Part shown: one piece after another, positions 41,924 to 54,260 of the stretch | Numbering within the stretch: position 1 is the first letter of the stretch | Layout of the letters: each line of letters opens with the position of its first letter | NCBI GenBank assembly: GCA_021613535.1 | Contig: CP075496.1 | Span: forward strand, 1,364,001-1,428,000 | Length of the DNA: 64,000 bases | Direction: 5' to 3' | Source: Adineta vaga | Lineage: Eukaryota; Animalia; Rotifera | The notes under the pieces: model-generated | Databases searched by the model: none | Told to the model about the DNA's origin: nothing | Seen by the model: only the letters and a program-made list of their open reading frames with translations | Position numbers and translations under genes: made by a program

Positions 41924-42877
41924 TTACAAAAGCAACACATTCCAACATTTATAGAATAGTTCAAGAATTTTCTTACGAAACGCTTTTGATACGATCAAAT
42001 AAATATAACAATTGATTGCTGGTAAAATAAATATTAAAATATAGAATATATGTTGAAGAAGTTGCTCGAAAGCTTGTTCTCGACTATTTCGAGTTTGAAA
42101 TAATGTAATTTGTTGATAAATATTTCGAATTGCTGTTGGAGAATTAAAAACAACATAGAAAGCTATCTCCGACAAACCCATAAGAGTAAATTGACGATCT
42201 TTTGATCGATGATTGTTCCTTATAATATACGCAGCATTGGTTGGTCTAACGCGTACTTCACGAATATTTTTTAATGTCATGGTGGTTAGTACGATTGAAA
42301 GAAATAATGGAATAAGAAAACCGATCACGAGATTACTATAAGAAATAACAGTCATGTAAACATTGGAGTTAGTATAACATACGTAATAACTTAAATTTAA
42401 TTGAACAATATCAATTTTTACAAGAAGATGAGTATGACACAATAAAATAACACATGTCACTCCTGCAATAGACCAATAAGCTAAACGTTGAGTACTTCGT
42501 TGTCTAATCAATACATTTGATGATGTCACAATTACTCGATCAATTGCAACCAAAATTAAATAATATCGAGATAACATCACAAATATTGTTGTAAAATAAT
42601 AAGCAATTTTACAACGAGCAATGTTATTTAGCATATAATCAAAATCAGATATATTTAATATAACCAATGGTAAGACAATGATAAAAAGAATACACAAATT
42701 AACAAGACTTATTGCTATAAAATAGATGGAACTTGGATTTTGTCGCAAGGGTTTTTGAGCAAATACAATACAATTCATAAGATTACCAATAATACCAACA
42801 CTTAACAAAATAATTCCACTGATAATATACAATTGATTTTGAATTTGTCTATAATAATTAATTATTCCAGTATCCAT
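41924..42877 (-). CDS. Intronless rhodopsin-class orphan GPCR (bdelloid-expanded type)
   Basis: Seven TM segments; GIIGN, NPSSIYF, CK, AIDR, YIYLIVSKAFR. Confidence 0.85.
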   Translation of the reverse strand: MDTGIINYYRQIQNQLYIISGIILLSVGIIGNLMNCIVFAQKPLRQNPSSIYFIAISLVNLCILFIIVLPLVILNISDFDYMLNNIARCKIAYYFTTIFVMLSRYYLILVAIDRVIVTSSNVLIRQRSTQRLAYWSIAGVTCVILLCHTHLLVKIDIVQLNLSYYVCYTNSNVYMTVISYSNLVIGFLIPLFLSIVLTTMTLKNIREVRVRPTNAAYIIRNNHRSKDRQFTLMGLSEIAFYVVFNSPTAIRNIYQQITLFQTRNSREQAFEQLLQHIFYILIFILPAINCYIYLIVSKAFRKKILELFYKCWNVLLL

Positions 42878-43459
42878 AGAAGATGTTATGTCGCGTATTT
42901 AAATCGACATACAAACAAAATGTTTTGACAATTATTTACGTTTTTTTCTTGATAATTAGCTTATAATTATTATGAGATTTGTTCAAAGTACATAACTCTT
43001 TCATCTAGATAGTTCATGACTATAGAAGAAGTCTGAATCAATGAGTAAAGATGCATTGGAAGCCGCTTCTGGCAAACAAATAATTATTGAAGGATGGCAT
43101 TTTAATTACAATAATCTTTTACATAGATAAATGTCCTTTCTCTTTACTTCGGGAACTATATGAGCAAAAAATAAGTCATTTCGATATTTTCATTTATGAT
43201 GTTGATTTTCTGAACAACAAATTATAAACCGTTTTCATGTAATATTCGAGATCAAAACAGTACGATGATGAACGTATACTACTGTTTACAGGTATATACT
43301 AAATTTGTACTCATCCGCTTGAGTTTCTTCAATTTATTCGTTCAAACCCAGTTGCTTCGCAACACATATAGAGTTACTGATTAAATCAGAAAATATTTCT
43401 TCAAAAATGTGATGATCGTTGTCGACGAGTTTATTTGTAAGCTATAAACAGCACATTGT

Positions 43460-44382
43460 TATTGTCCATTTGATAAATATTCTTGAAATCAATCAACAAC
43501 TTCGAACAAATGATACTGAACATTGTTGGATACATTTACATAATGTTGCTATGAAACGATTACGTGAAGTTCATTTACTTATTGATGAATTAAGAATACG
43601 TTTACGTTAATTACATATTTTTATGGTACGTTGTATTGATTCAGATCAAATACAAAGACGAAGAAATCTAATAATTCAACAACAGAATTTAGTTAATTTT
43701 AAAGTTTGTTTTTATCTCTTAGATTATTACTGCTAGCACATCTTATTTAAGTTTTTATATTTGCGAAACAATTCAATCCGAAACAGCTAGTTCAGAATTA
43801 TCATCAAAAGATCCATTGAGAACAATTATAATTGAAGAGTAATTTTCTTTCTTCTATTTGATTTGAAATATTTCATTAAATAAAAGAATTAAATATCGAA
43901 ATCAAATTGAACAACAATTAAAAACATTAGTTGATGTTGAAAACATGAAAGCAATATTTGTACATACAAAGTAATTGTTATATTTTAATGATGTTTATTT
44001 CTTAAATTATTGTTTTTGTAAACAACATTGGTAGAATTTGTCTTACTACATTCTACACGTCAAACAGTTAATCCATCTGAATTGTTAATTGACCAAATTG
44101 TAAAATCCGCAATATCACATACAAATATTCTCTCTGATGTTTATTTTGCTGCTGAATTTCGATAAAGAATATTTATTTTTGTCGATTTTTTCAAAGAAAA
44201 TTCTTTCTGAAGAATAATAAATCATAGAATAATTCTTTAAAGATGTGAACGATCAGCAGCATTACAACGTGTTGAACATCTTCGTTTATATATGTTTTCC
44301 GTTGATATTCAAATCAAATGCGAGATCATGAACGTGGTTGATTTGAAGAACATCGTGATATTTTACTTCATCTAGGTCAATG
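43460..44382 (+). pseudogene. Decayed multi-exon gene for a helical protein
   Basis: Exon-like segments with GT-AG introns; in-frame TAA at ~43608 (RIRLR*LHIFMV), a non-GT donor at ~44162 and further stops/frameshifts. Confidence 0.55.
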
Positions 44383-44633
44383 ATAGAGTAAACAATGGTA
44401 TTAAAACTTCTTTTGTTATTTTCTCTTTAAGTTTTTAGCAGCAATTTATTCCTTACTACAACAATGATTATCTGATATAAAATGACAATATTTAACAATA
44501 AATAGCATATTACTATTGAAGAATTGGTTTTGTTAATTGTAGAAATACAGAACAGGTACCAATTGGCCAATGTAAGGTGAATATTAAGAAAAGAAGTTGT
44601 TTTCTTCATTTTTTCTTTTCAGTACATGTCTTT

Positions 44634-44820
44634 GTAGTAGTAGAAATAATATTACATTAGAACCAATTCAAGAACAACGAACACCAGTCCCCATCACCAT
44701 CATCTCATCCTTCTCTATGTCATCAAGGTTTTTTTAATGATTTCTCAAACAGACTTTATTTCACTGATGGTGTCGAATTGAAAAAAGATGATTCAAATGA
44801 ATCGATCAATTGATGATAGT
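44634..44820 (+). pseudogene. Inverted partial copy of the CLHC1 terminal exon
   Basis: Near-identical to the reverse complement of 61457-61687 (ITLEPIQEQ...HPSLCHQ.FFNDFSNRLYFTD.VELKKDDSNESIN*), with a ~44-bp deletion. Confidence 0.9.
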
Positions 44821-45405
44821 TTTCATTATTGGAAATTTTGCAAATTCTTTTTAGTGTTTCACTTACTATTTTACATGATACATTTATGATTTTCACATAT
44901 GATGAATAATGAGCACAAGAAGTTCAATATTTCAATTCATTTTTTAACAACAATTAATCACCCAGTACAGTTTTGTCAGAATTTGTAATACTGTTTGATT
45001 CTTATTTAAAAATCTTGAGGATGTGGCTGGTAAGTACACAAATAATGAAACATAACAAGAAAAGGGTCAAATATTCGTATCTATAAACTAAGTGCATCCT
45101 CTTTAACAAAATTCGAACTATGGACCTATAGTTCCTATCTGTCAGGATGTTATCTATAATGGATGGACGATCATTTGTTATTTTTCGTCTCTCCTTTAAA
45201 TGTTTATGTCATTGTTTTCTTTTTTAATGAAACAAACGTTTTTTTTCTGAATAAAAGTCTTTCATATTTTAACCGAATAAACATCAAATTTTTCTTTTCA
45301 TGCAAATCGAGTCTAAACACGATCTCCAACTTTTTCGTTTGAATGCATCGTGTACATTTTTGTTGTTACCATTTTCTCAATAATTTTTCTCTTTAGTTGG
45401 TATAT

Positions 45406-45687
45406 CCCAGGTCGAACTCACCCTGTCGGATCCGATGTGAATTCGCCGGAAGTTGCCGAAATCCTGGCAACAGGATTCCGATATGCGGTTCCGGATGTCG
45501 GAAAGTGTCAGATTCTCAGAGGTTTCAATAGGATCCTAGTTATTCCGACATCCGATGTCTTTTTTGTCGGAATCCTGTTGCCAAGATTCCGGTAACTTCT
45601 GACAACTTCCGTCGAATTCCCCATTGGATTCGATAAGATCCGATAGTTTTTTCGCCGGAATCCGGCTGTCGGATCGAATCACCTGGG
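45406..45687. mobile_element. Palindromic MITE with CCCAGGT termini
   Basis: CCCAGGT...ACCTGGG ends, TAT on both flanks, internal inverted arms (GGCAACAGGATTCCGA / TCGGAATCCTGTTGCC; GGATGTCGGAA / TTCCGACATCC), GC-rich relative to flanks. Confidence 0.8.
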
Positions 45688-46197
45688 TATGTAATGTTGT
45701 TTTTCTCGTTTCAGCTGACTGCTCTTATATTCTATCCTTATGTTTTCTTCGTTCTTTTCGATGTCTGAATCAGGCGACTTTTTGCATCAGCTTTTTCTCT
45801 GAGTATAAAAATACGTAAATTATACCAAGGATGTTATTTCTCAGAAAGAGAAATGAAGAAAGATGTATTTGCGCCAGTTCTAACATCTCTCTTACAAGAA
45901 GTCATCGTCCTAGTGCTATTTACGCAAGTATGAATATCCATATGAATTGCAAAATAGGTCCTTTGATTCTATACTGTGAGTAAAAGAGCTCCGCAATAAT
46001 TTTCAAAAGGTATTGAGTAATTTATATACTATGTTAGCTACATTTTGGCTATTTACAGATGTACATTTGCTTATTTTATGTATAATAGACAATATAAACT
46101 TTCTTTTCTTTTCAGATAAAACACTAGTGAGATATTCAGTCATAATAAAAATAAAGCATCAACAAAACGTGTTTTTATTCTAACCACAAGAAGTATA

Positions 46198-48633
46198 ATG
46201 TCGTTATCAATGGCTTGCTCTCGTCTCGTCTTGTTTGACTGTGACAACGACCGACTCAGTCTTTTCACAGATCATGACACGCTTATTTCGCAGATTCCAT
46301 CAAACTGTGAATATCATCTCCACTGGGATGATAGCAAGCTATTTATGGTTTCCATATTAGATTCATTTGTTTCTAAACGATCTAATATTCGTCTCAAACC
46401 ATCATATGATAGTCAATCGAAAACTGATGTCAATAAAAAACTCATTAAAGATCTCGATGATCACGTGAATGTTTTTCGATTTATTCTATTAGTACATGGT
46501 AGAGAACAAAATTATAGACCAGTACTCGATCGTATCGCGAAAGAATATGGACAGTATAAAATGGAGTTGTTTCCTATTGATCCACCGTTTCATCAATATT
46601 TAGAAAAAATTATTATTGCAGTTAAAAACGAACAGTTGCAAATGCCGGTTTTCAATGAATATCGAAATAACCAGAAATTTTCTTCGTCATTAGTTGACAG
46701 TCTACGCAGTTACGATGCAACAGAAGCATATGTTACAGAATGGACTGCAATAAAACAGCTGACAAAAAAAGAACAAAGAAATTTGACTGCTGATTACAAT
46801 GATATGCATTATGGAGATACATCCCAGTTGGATACGACAAATGTTTTCGATGATGAAGATGAAGAATTAGTTTTCGACTATCGATTGGCTCTCAACAACA
46901 GCGAAACACAACCTTCAAAACCTGATACTGGTTCGGCTAGATCCTGTAGTTCTAGTCAATATCCAAATACCAAATATGCTCCATCTATACCATCAATGAA
47001 TCAGGCGGACAGAATACTTTCTTGTCTTAAATGTTCTAGGAAATTCAGATGCATTTGTGACTTATTATGCCATTGCGATGCTAGTCACGATAATTTTGAC
47101 TATGCATCTCTGATAAATTCGGCAACGTTACCCTTAACTTCAAAATTATTTATGGGAACATCATCAAATAAGAAAAAGATTAAAAATATTTCCGGCAAGA
47201 GACAATTTGTCTGCGCTCAATGTTCAATTACTTTTCATGTTTTCGTTAAACCGAACGGATATAATGCTATTCGATTTATATTATCGAATTTCTCCAGTAA
47301 TAGTAAATTGCTAGTTAGTAATCAAAATCAAATGAACGCGATTCAAAAATCGTCCGAAAATGTGAAACAGAAACCATTGATCCCTTCAGCACAAGCCCAG
47401 AAAGTAGTACACATTAACAATGTTACTAAAAGTCTTACAAACAATTATTTTCGCTCTACTGCGTTCAAAACTACTACGTCAATAAGTTCTCCGATCAATT
47501 CATTGGTAGATATAAAATGTCCATTTAACACAAAAGAGACAAACAGTACAAAAAGTAAACCATTTTCTTGCTGGCAATGCACCAAGAAATTTGAGTCTGT
47601 TGGTGGACGTTTAAATCATTTTATTAATAAACATGCTACGTTATTTCAATATAAAGCTACTCTAGCCAAACAACTGTATAACCCGAATATAAAGATAACA
47701 ACTAATTCTCACAAACAGTGTTATTGTTGTTGGAATTGTTCAAAAACATTCGAATGCTTCCCGACTGTTTTATCGCATTTTGTTTCGAAACATGCCGTTT
47801 CATTGTTACGTTCCGAACACGATCCTTCAAGCCTTCTTGAAAATGAAATATTTAAAGCACAAGAAAAATCGAATAATGGAAAGTCTACGATATGTCCAAC
47901 TACGAACGTGTTTAGTTACTCACACTGCACACAACCAGAGAAATCAGTCAACGATCATCGAAGTCACTTCATCGGCGAATGTATTCTACCTGGTCCAGCT
48001 ATCTCTATCACTACATCAATTCCTTCATATAGTCAAGTAGTTGCAACACAAGCTGCAGTGGAAAATACAATCAGTCTAAATAGCTTTAAGCAAAATCCAA
48101 AACGTTGCTCGTACTGCCCCAAGACATTCAAATCATCTGGTGCCTGTAAAAGTCATACTGAATCCAAGCATTCTAAATCCATTGCTTCAGATTCTGCCAA
48201 AGCAACAAGTTCTTTAAATAGTCCAGCGACATCAGTACAAAACACATTAACAACTACGAAACCAGCTGCTACTTTTGTAGCACAATCTGTTTCCTGTTCG
48301 TACTGCTCCAAGACATTCAAATCACCTAGTGCTTGTGAAAGTCATACCAAAGCGAAGCATTCTGTGTGCAAAGCAACATGCAAATTGTACCATTCCAGGA
48401 CATTCAAGCCATCTAGCGCTTATAAAAATGATGTCAATGTTGAACTTTCGAAAGTTGTTTCATCGAAATCTGCGGCATCGTCAAGTCTCTTGAATCATCA
48501 AATGGCAGAAATACAAAAGTATTCTGGATACACAGAATACGTTCCTAATTCTACGCATCAAGCTTATTATTATTGGTGTTGGTCCCAATCATTCGGGTGT
48601 GATTATACTTTCGAAAAACTATTCCAATACTAA
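46198..48633 (+). CDS. C2H2 zinc-finger protein with N-terminal PIN/NYN-like domain, single 811-aa coding exon
   Basis: Five clear CxxC...HxxxxH fingers (e.g. CWQC...HFINKH, CSYC...HTESKH); N-terminal LVLFDCDN...KTDVNKKL...FILLVHG; splice acceptor at ~46114. Confidence 0.8.
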   Translation: MSLSMACSRLVLFDCDNDRLSLFTDHDTLISQIPSNCEYHLHWDDSKLFMVSILDSFVSKRSNIRLKPSYDSQSKTDVNKKLIKDLDDHVNVFRFILLVHGREQNYRPVLDRIAKEYGQYKMELFPIDPPFHQYLEKIIIAVKNEQLQMPVFNEYRNNQKFSSSLVDSLRSYDATEAYVTEWTAIKQLTKKEQRNLTADYNDMHYGDTSQLDTTNVFDDEDEELVFDYRLALNNSETQPSKPDTGSARSCSSSQYPNTKYAPSIPSMNQADRILSCLKCSRKFRCICDLLCHCDASHDNFDYASLINSATLPLTSKLFMGTSSNKKKIKNISGKRQFVCAQCSITFHVFVKPNGYNAIRFILSNFSSNSKLLVSNQNQMNAIQKSSENVKQKPLIPSAQAQKVVHINNVTKSLTNNYFRSTAFKTTTSISSPINSLVDIKCPFNTKETNSTKSKPFSCWQCTKKFESVGGRLNHFINKHATLFQYKATLAKQLYNPNIKITTNSHKQCYCCWNCSKTFECFPTVLSHFVSKHAVSLLRSEHDPSSLLENEIFKAQEKSNNGKSTICPTTNVFSYSHCTQPEKSVNDHRSHFIGECILPGPAISITTSIPSYSQVVATQAAVENTISLNSFKQNPKRCSYCPKTFKSSGACKSHTESKHSKSIASDSAKATSSLNSPATSVQNTLTTTKPAATFVAQSVSCSYCSKTFKSPSACESHTKAKHSVCKATCKLYHSRTFKPSSAYKNDVNVELSKVVSSKSAASSSLLNHQMAEIQKYSGYTEYVPNSTHQAYYYWCWSQSFGCDYTFEKLFQY

Positions 48634-49085
48634 CCAATCTATATCTTCAATCTCTTCCGCCGATTTTTCAGACAAAAAGCAAGAACAAACAGAGAGAATA
48701 AAAGGTCTGAAAGTGATAATATTACATAATATATTATTACGATGCTCTGTTGAATAATTGTGTCATTTACTATTATTAAAACTACAAAATTTGACCAATA
48801 CAGTATTATGATATGCTTAAGGGTAGGAATAAAATCACAACTTTTCAGATAAGATAGACGTTCCTTTCATAGAATCGTGGAATATAAGGATAGGAAAATC
48901 AAGTTCCAATGTTATAATCAGTCCATTATACACACTATCGATAAACACAAAGCTCATATCAATTATCCGAACAAAAACTAAGTATATTATAAGCTATATT
49001 TATTCTCTTATACTAATAAACATATTACGAGAATTACATATAGTGAGAGAAAAAAGGAAGCATTCCCCATCGTATCGATTTACAG

Positions 49086-51236
49086 TTATTCCTTTGGCAT
49101 TGAAAGATATCGAATATATTTTTCTATTTCCACTACATCCGGATGCTCTGGAGATAATTGATTTCGATAGATTTCTGCTGCTTTCTGATAATATGTTAAT
49201 GCTTGATTTAAATCACCTGAACCTTTATACATATGACCCATACCACGATAATCTGATGCAATATCTAAATGATTAGATGGAAGATAAATTGATTTAATTT
49301 TAATTGCAATATTATAATGTCCTACAGCCAAATAATAATGACCAAGTAAAAGTCGAATATTTGCCACTTTACTATGAGTTACACCTAAAACAAGATCATC
49401 AGCTGGAATTGATTTTTGACGAATAGCTAATACTTTTTCATAAGAATTCAATGCTTGAAAATATTTCTTTTGTTTTTCATAAACAGCACCAATTTTTTCC
49501 CAACATCCAGCTATAATTAAATCATTTTCATCCAATGCTCGCTTGTACACATTCAATGCTTTATTATATGATTCAAGTGCTTGTTTAAGATCATTTTTTT
49601 TCCAATAAATATCTCCAATAATCATATGACTATCTGCAAGACGAGAATCATCTGTATTTAATGTACGTGTTAATAATTCATGTAATTTTTTATACCATTC
49701 CAAACTTGAATCACAATCACCTTTATCAGCAGCGACTTCTCCAAGTGTATGATAACAAGTAACTAAATCTTGATGATCCGATGGTATATCATCAAGAAAA
49801 CGAAGATAAAATTTTTTTGCATTATCAAAATTTCCCATATCATAAAGAACATGTCCAAATGAGAATAAATCCATTTCTTTTGCACTATATTCTTTTTTTA
49901 AATTTTCAAATGAATTCTTCAAATCTTGATCATTTTCACTTGTTAAAACTAATCGAATAATACTCAATTGATTTTCATAATATTGAATTTCCATAATACG
50001 AAATATTGATCCAATCATCATTAGAATTTCTTGTTGACCAAAACAATAACTAAGCCAAATAATATTTGCAAATGGTTTTACACCATTTATACGTGGATCA
50101 GCGTCAATTTCGAATAAAACTCTTTGCATATCATATTCATCAGAACTATCCATACTATTTAAAAATATCAACGATGCATCACGATCAAGAGTTGTAGAAA
50201 GAAAATTATTTGTCATAAGAAAACCACCCATCGCATTTTTTAATGTATTAAATTGTTCATTAGTTAATAATTGTGCACGATAAAGTTGAATAGATTGAGA
50301 ATACTGATTTTTAATTAATTGTTGTTGAATATCAGAAATAAAGAAACGAAATAGAAAGAGCATATCAAGATTTTGAACACGTAATGCTTTATTTAACATT
50401 CGAAAAAGAAATGTTTGTCTTGTATACCATCTTAATGCTCGTGATGATGAATAATTTTGTTGAAATTCTTGTATAAGATTTAATTCACTTTTATTATCTC
50501 GATATTCTTGTTCACATAATTGAATAAGTTTTTCTCGATCATTAGAACTTTCTTTTATTCGAAGTAAACAATCAATTAGTAAATGTGAACGAATAAATTG
50601 ATCATTTGATTTATAACTAACATTCATATCAAATAAACTAATTGATAAAGGTTCATCAATTTTATTATGACTTCGACGTGCACAATCAGATTTTATTCGA
50701 GCAACAAGATTATCAATTTGTGTACTAATAGATTTGATCTAAAAGTAAACGAAAAAAAAATATCTTCTACAATTAACATTAAAATTCTTCATACTTTTGT
50801 AAATGCTTTACTCCATTGTGTATTTCGTTTATCATCATTGATATAAATATAAATTGCAAAGATTTGTCGATATTGATGAATTTGTGGTATTAATTCTTGA
50901 CCTAATTGATTGTTGATAATTAAAAAAATTCGATCTTGTTCTGGTATAGATTGTATATATTGTTCACAATTTTCGATTGTTTTAAATGTTCGAATATAAT
51001 TTATTGCTGTACGAAGTCGTTTTTGTGCATCAACATATTCTTTTGTATCATTAACAAATGGATCTATCCATAGAATTGAATACGTTTCAAGATTATCATA
51101 TTTTGAACCACTTAATAGTTTATCTGCAGTTAATATCGAAGAAAATTTTACGATTTGTACTCTATAACAACATTGAAATTAATCATTTCAATAAGGAAAA
51201 TCTTCTCATAACTTACAATGGTTTATTTTCAGACAT
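49086..51236 (-). CDS. ADP-ribosyltransferase (R-S-E type) domain plus TPR repeats, 3 exons
   Basis: LETYSILWID N-terminal domain; ALRWYTR...LNKALR; LYRAQ, FLSTT, QQEIL; six or more TPRs (e.g. ALESYNKALNV, ALTYYQKAAEI). Confidence 0.88.
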
Positions 51237-51575
51237 GATTATTGAGCTTATGATCTTACTTTCGAAAGAGGAATATAGAAAAACAATCGATAACATGCTG
51301 TTTTTAAATGAATCATAATAATTATCCAGAGAATAAACGGTGCAGACTCACGTTTGACACTTCTAACCCTGGGAAATTAATTTTCTTCGTTATGACCAAA
51401 AATTTGATTAAAAATATTCTGAAGAAAATAAATGAACAAGATCACGAGAGACTCATGAACTATGTTGTTTCAGAAAAATAGTTTTTGTCTTTCAATTACA
51501 GTACTACATTAGATAATGATAATCTGACTTTATTACAAATGACAAAGATCAAACAGAAGAAATATTTATTTTTTG

Positions 51576-52756
51576 TTAGGAATCTGTTTTCATTATTTGT
51601 TTTAATGTATTATTGATAAGTAATCGTTCATATTGATCAGTTGATGATCGTTCAACAAAAGGATAAAATTTCTTTAATTCATTACAATCAATTGTTGATT
51701 TTGTTTCATAATTATAAAACTCATTTTTCATTCGTTCATATTTATGTGACCAAGATCCATAGACACATTCATCATTATACATTGTCCAATTAACACTAAG
51801 AAAATAATCACGTGGTAATCGTGGTGATGGTAACCATAATGAACCAAATGGACGAAGTTTTAATGGAAAAATCTTTTGTTTTGATATTGTTGAAATATGT
51901 TGCATATTTTCTTGCCATAAATGTGTAGTATTTTCATGATAGAAGATTAGATCAACAAATGGATAACGCCATGGATGTTCACTAAAACGTGGTGATGTGG
52001 AAAAATAAAATTTGTAATATTCAAATTCTTTTGGTGCATCCCAATGACGATAAAATTCAATATAATCTGGTGATAATGGAGATTCCAATTCAATTGCCAT
52101 ATTTAGACGAGATTTTAATTTAACTGACATCATTAAATCAATATCATCATCCCAAGGTATTAAGTCATGATGACGCCATGAACCTTTTTAGAAATAAATA
52201 GAAAAAAATTTGAACAAATCAATATTAAAAAAAAACAAAAATTAGGTTTACCGAGTAAAGTACCATCGATAATCATGTATTCAAGTGAATATTTTCTTGT
52301 TAATTGATCAAAATGTCTTAATAATTGCATCATAAGACGATGTTCACATTTATTTACAAGTCGAGGCATTGATGGTGCCGATTGCCAAAGATCGTAATCA
52401 TATGGAATTGTATTTCGTTGTGATAATGTTTGATTCAATTCTAATGGATTAGTTGAATTTGTATGATTTGTTTTTCGATGTAATTGTTGATGTTCGATTT
52501 GATGATCATGACAATTGAATTGATTAAAATTAACATCTTTCGAATTTAAGATTAAAAGTGGAAGTAAAGTTGTTGTTGTTGTTCTTGTTATATTTAATTC
52601 AATGTTGGGTTCATTTGTATTCAATCTATTCAATGATGTTGTTGTTGTCGTCGTTAAAAAATTAATAAATGTTAATAAAATAGTCAGCAAGAAAAAACTA
52701 AGACAAAATGAACGAATATGACTAGATGAAATTATTGAGTAAAAGCAAAGTGTCAT
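51576..52756 (-). CDS. LicD/fukutin-related nucleotidyltransferase-fold type II membrane protein, 2 exons
   Basis: N-terminal TM anchor; spliced GTLLG|SWRHHDLIPWDDDIDL; YPFVDL; FPLKLRPFG. Confidence 0.88.
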
Positions 52757-53314
52757 CGTTAATCTTTTTTTATTTGATCGTTTTCACTAGTTGTGTTCCA
52801 TAGTATATAATTGGTCAGTAGTTCGATAGACAAGACAAAGAAAATGAGAAAGAAAAGAAAAAGACATATGAAGGAAAGCTTGACCGAGATACAAGTCACT
52901 GTTCTCTTTTCTTTCGCTTGATCATATATATATAGACAGACACGAAGGATAAAAAATGATCGCTTACTGACATGAACATAGTTGAACAGATTAGATGGCG
53001 AGAGACGAAACAACAGAAACATAATCAAATCGTCGTTACCATTGCAATGTAGAGTGCCTATTAGAGAATTTATTTTAGACAAACTATTTTCAAACAACTT
53101 TTGAAAGGATTTTATTAAATATCACCTGATGAAGGCAATAATTACCAAAAGATACCGAAGGAAATTTTGCATGCAATTCTTTATTTTATTTTATTGTTAC
53201 AATTTTCATCGTAAAATATGAATATCCTTTCGAAAGAGGAAATAATAATGTTTGTTTGTAAATAAAATTTTACAAAATATGTCTACTATTTTAAAGATAT
53301 AATATATCTATATA

Positions 53315-54260
53315 ATGAAATCCACTGTTCATGCACTATTCAGGGGCGCGACGCCCCTGGATACACGTGACCAGAATATTTCATATCAACAATTTATGAA
53401 AGATAGTCCTTTTTTTCTTCCTATTGAAACAACAAATACAAATAATAATCAACAAATGAAACAAGATTCATCAAATATCTAAGATAATACTCAAATTCAA
53501 TCAAACCATTCGATCAAATCACTATTTACAACCATTTAATGTTCATCCTTCTTCACAAGATTATAAGGTAAAATTTTTCTATAGAGATCACTGAAAATAT
53601 CTTTTGATTTTAGCAAATATCAATTCAACAGCAAGAAATGAATAATTATGATCAAGTAAATTAGAAAATTTTCTTTATTCGTGAGATAATATTTTTTGTT
53701 TTATTTTCAAAGATCATTCATCAAGTATTGTTAATACAAATAATGTGCCAACTGATGAACAACAATCAGAAGAACAATGGCAACATCGTCGCGGTAATAA
53801 TGGTAATAATTATCGAGTTGGACAATATAATGGAAATGGAAACAAAAATTATAATCGTGGAAGTTCAAATAATTACAATCAACAACAATGGCGAGGACCA
53901 CGTTAGTTTTAAATTCATTTTTTCAATCTTATTTATTTATTTTATTTTAGGTGGTGGTCATAATGATGGTTCTTTTAGTGGTGGATAACGACAATATAAT
54001 GAATATAATAATGGTGGTCGTGTTGAATCTAATCCTAACTATCCTGGTAAGAGATAATAATTGATGAATTTCATATATATATATATTTATTTATTTATTT
54101 ATTTATTTATTTATAAATATTTCTAGGTAATCGTGGTGATAATTATCGTAGTGGAAATCGAAGAAATGGTGATCCTAATTACAATGGCAATGAATATCAA
54201 AGATCCTCTCAATATCAACATAGTAATGAACGACAAAGTTGTCTAGTTATATCTAATTAA
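53315..54260 (+). pseudogene. Decayed Gln/Asn/Arg-Gly-rich (prion-like) gene fragment
   Basis: GT-AG-bounded exons encoding RRGNNGNNYR...WRGPR and GNRGDNYRSG; in-frame TAA at ~53480 and 53986. Confidence 0.5.
54073..54114. repeat. (TA)n(TTTA)n microsatellite
   Basis: Seen directly in the sequence. Confidence 0.75.

Noticed and set aside
45350-45818. ORFs overlapping the GC-rich palindrome
   Set aside because: Explained by the MITE; no tRNA or other ncRNA features recognised.
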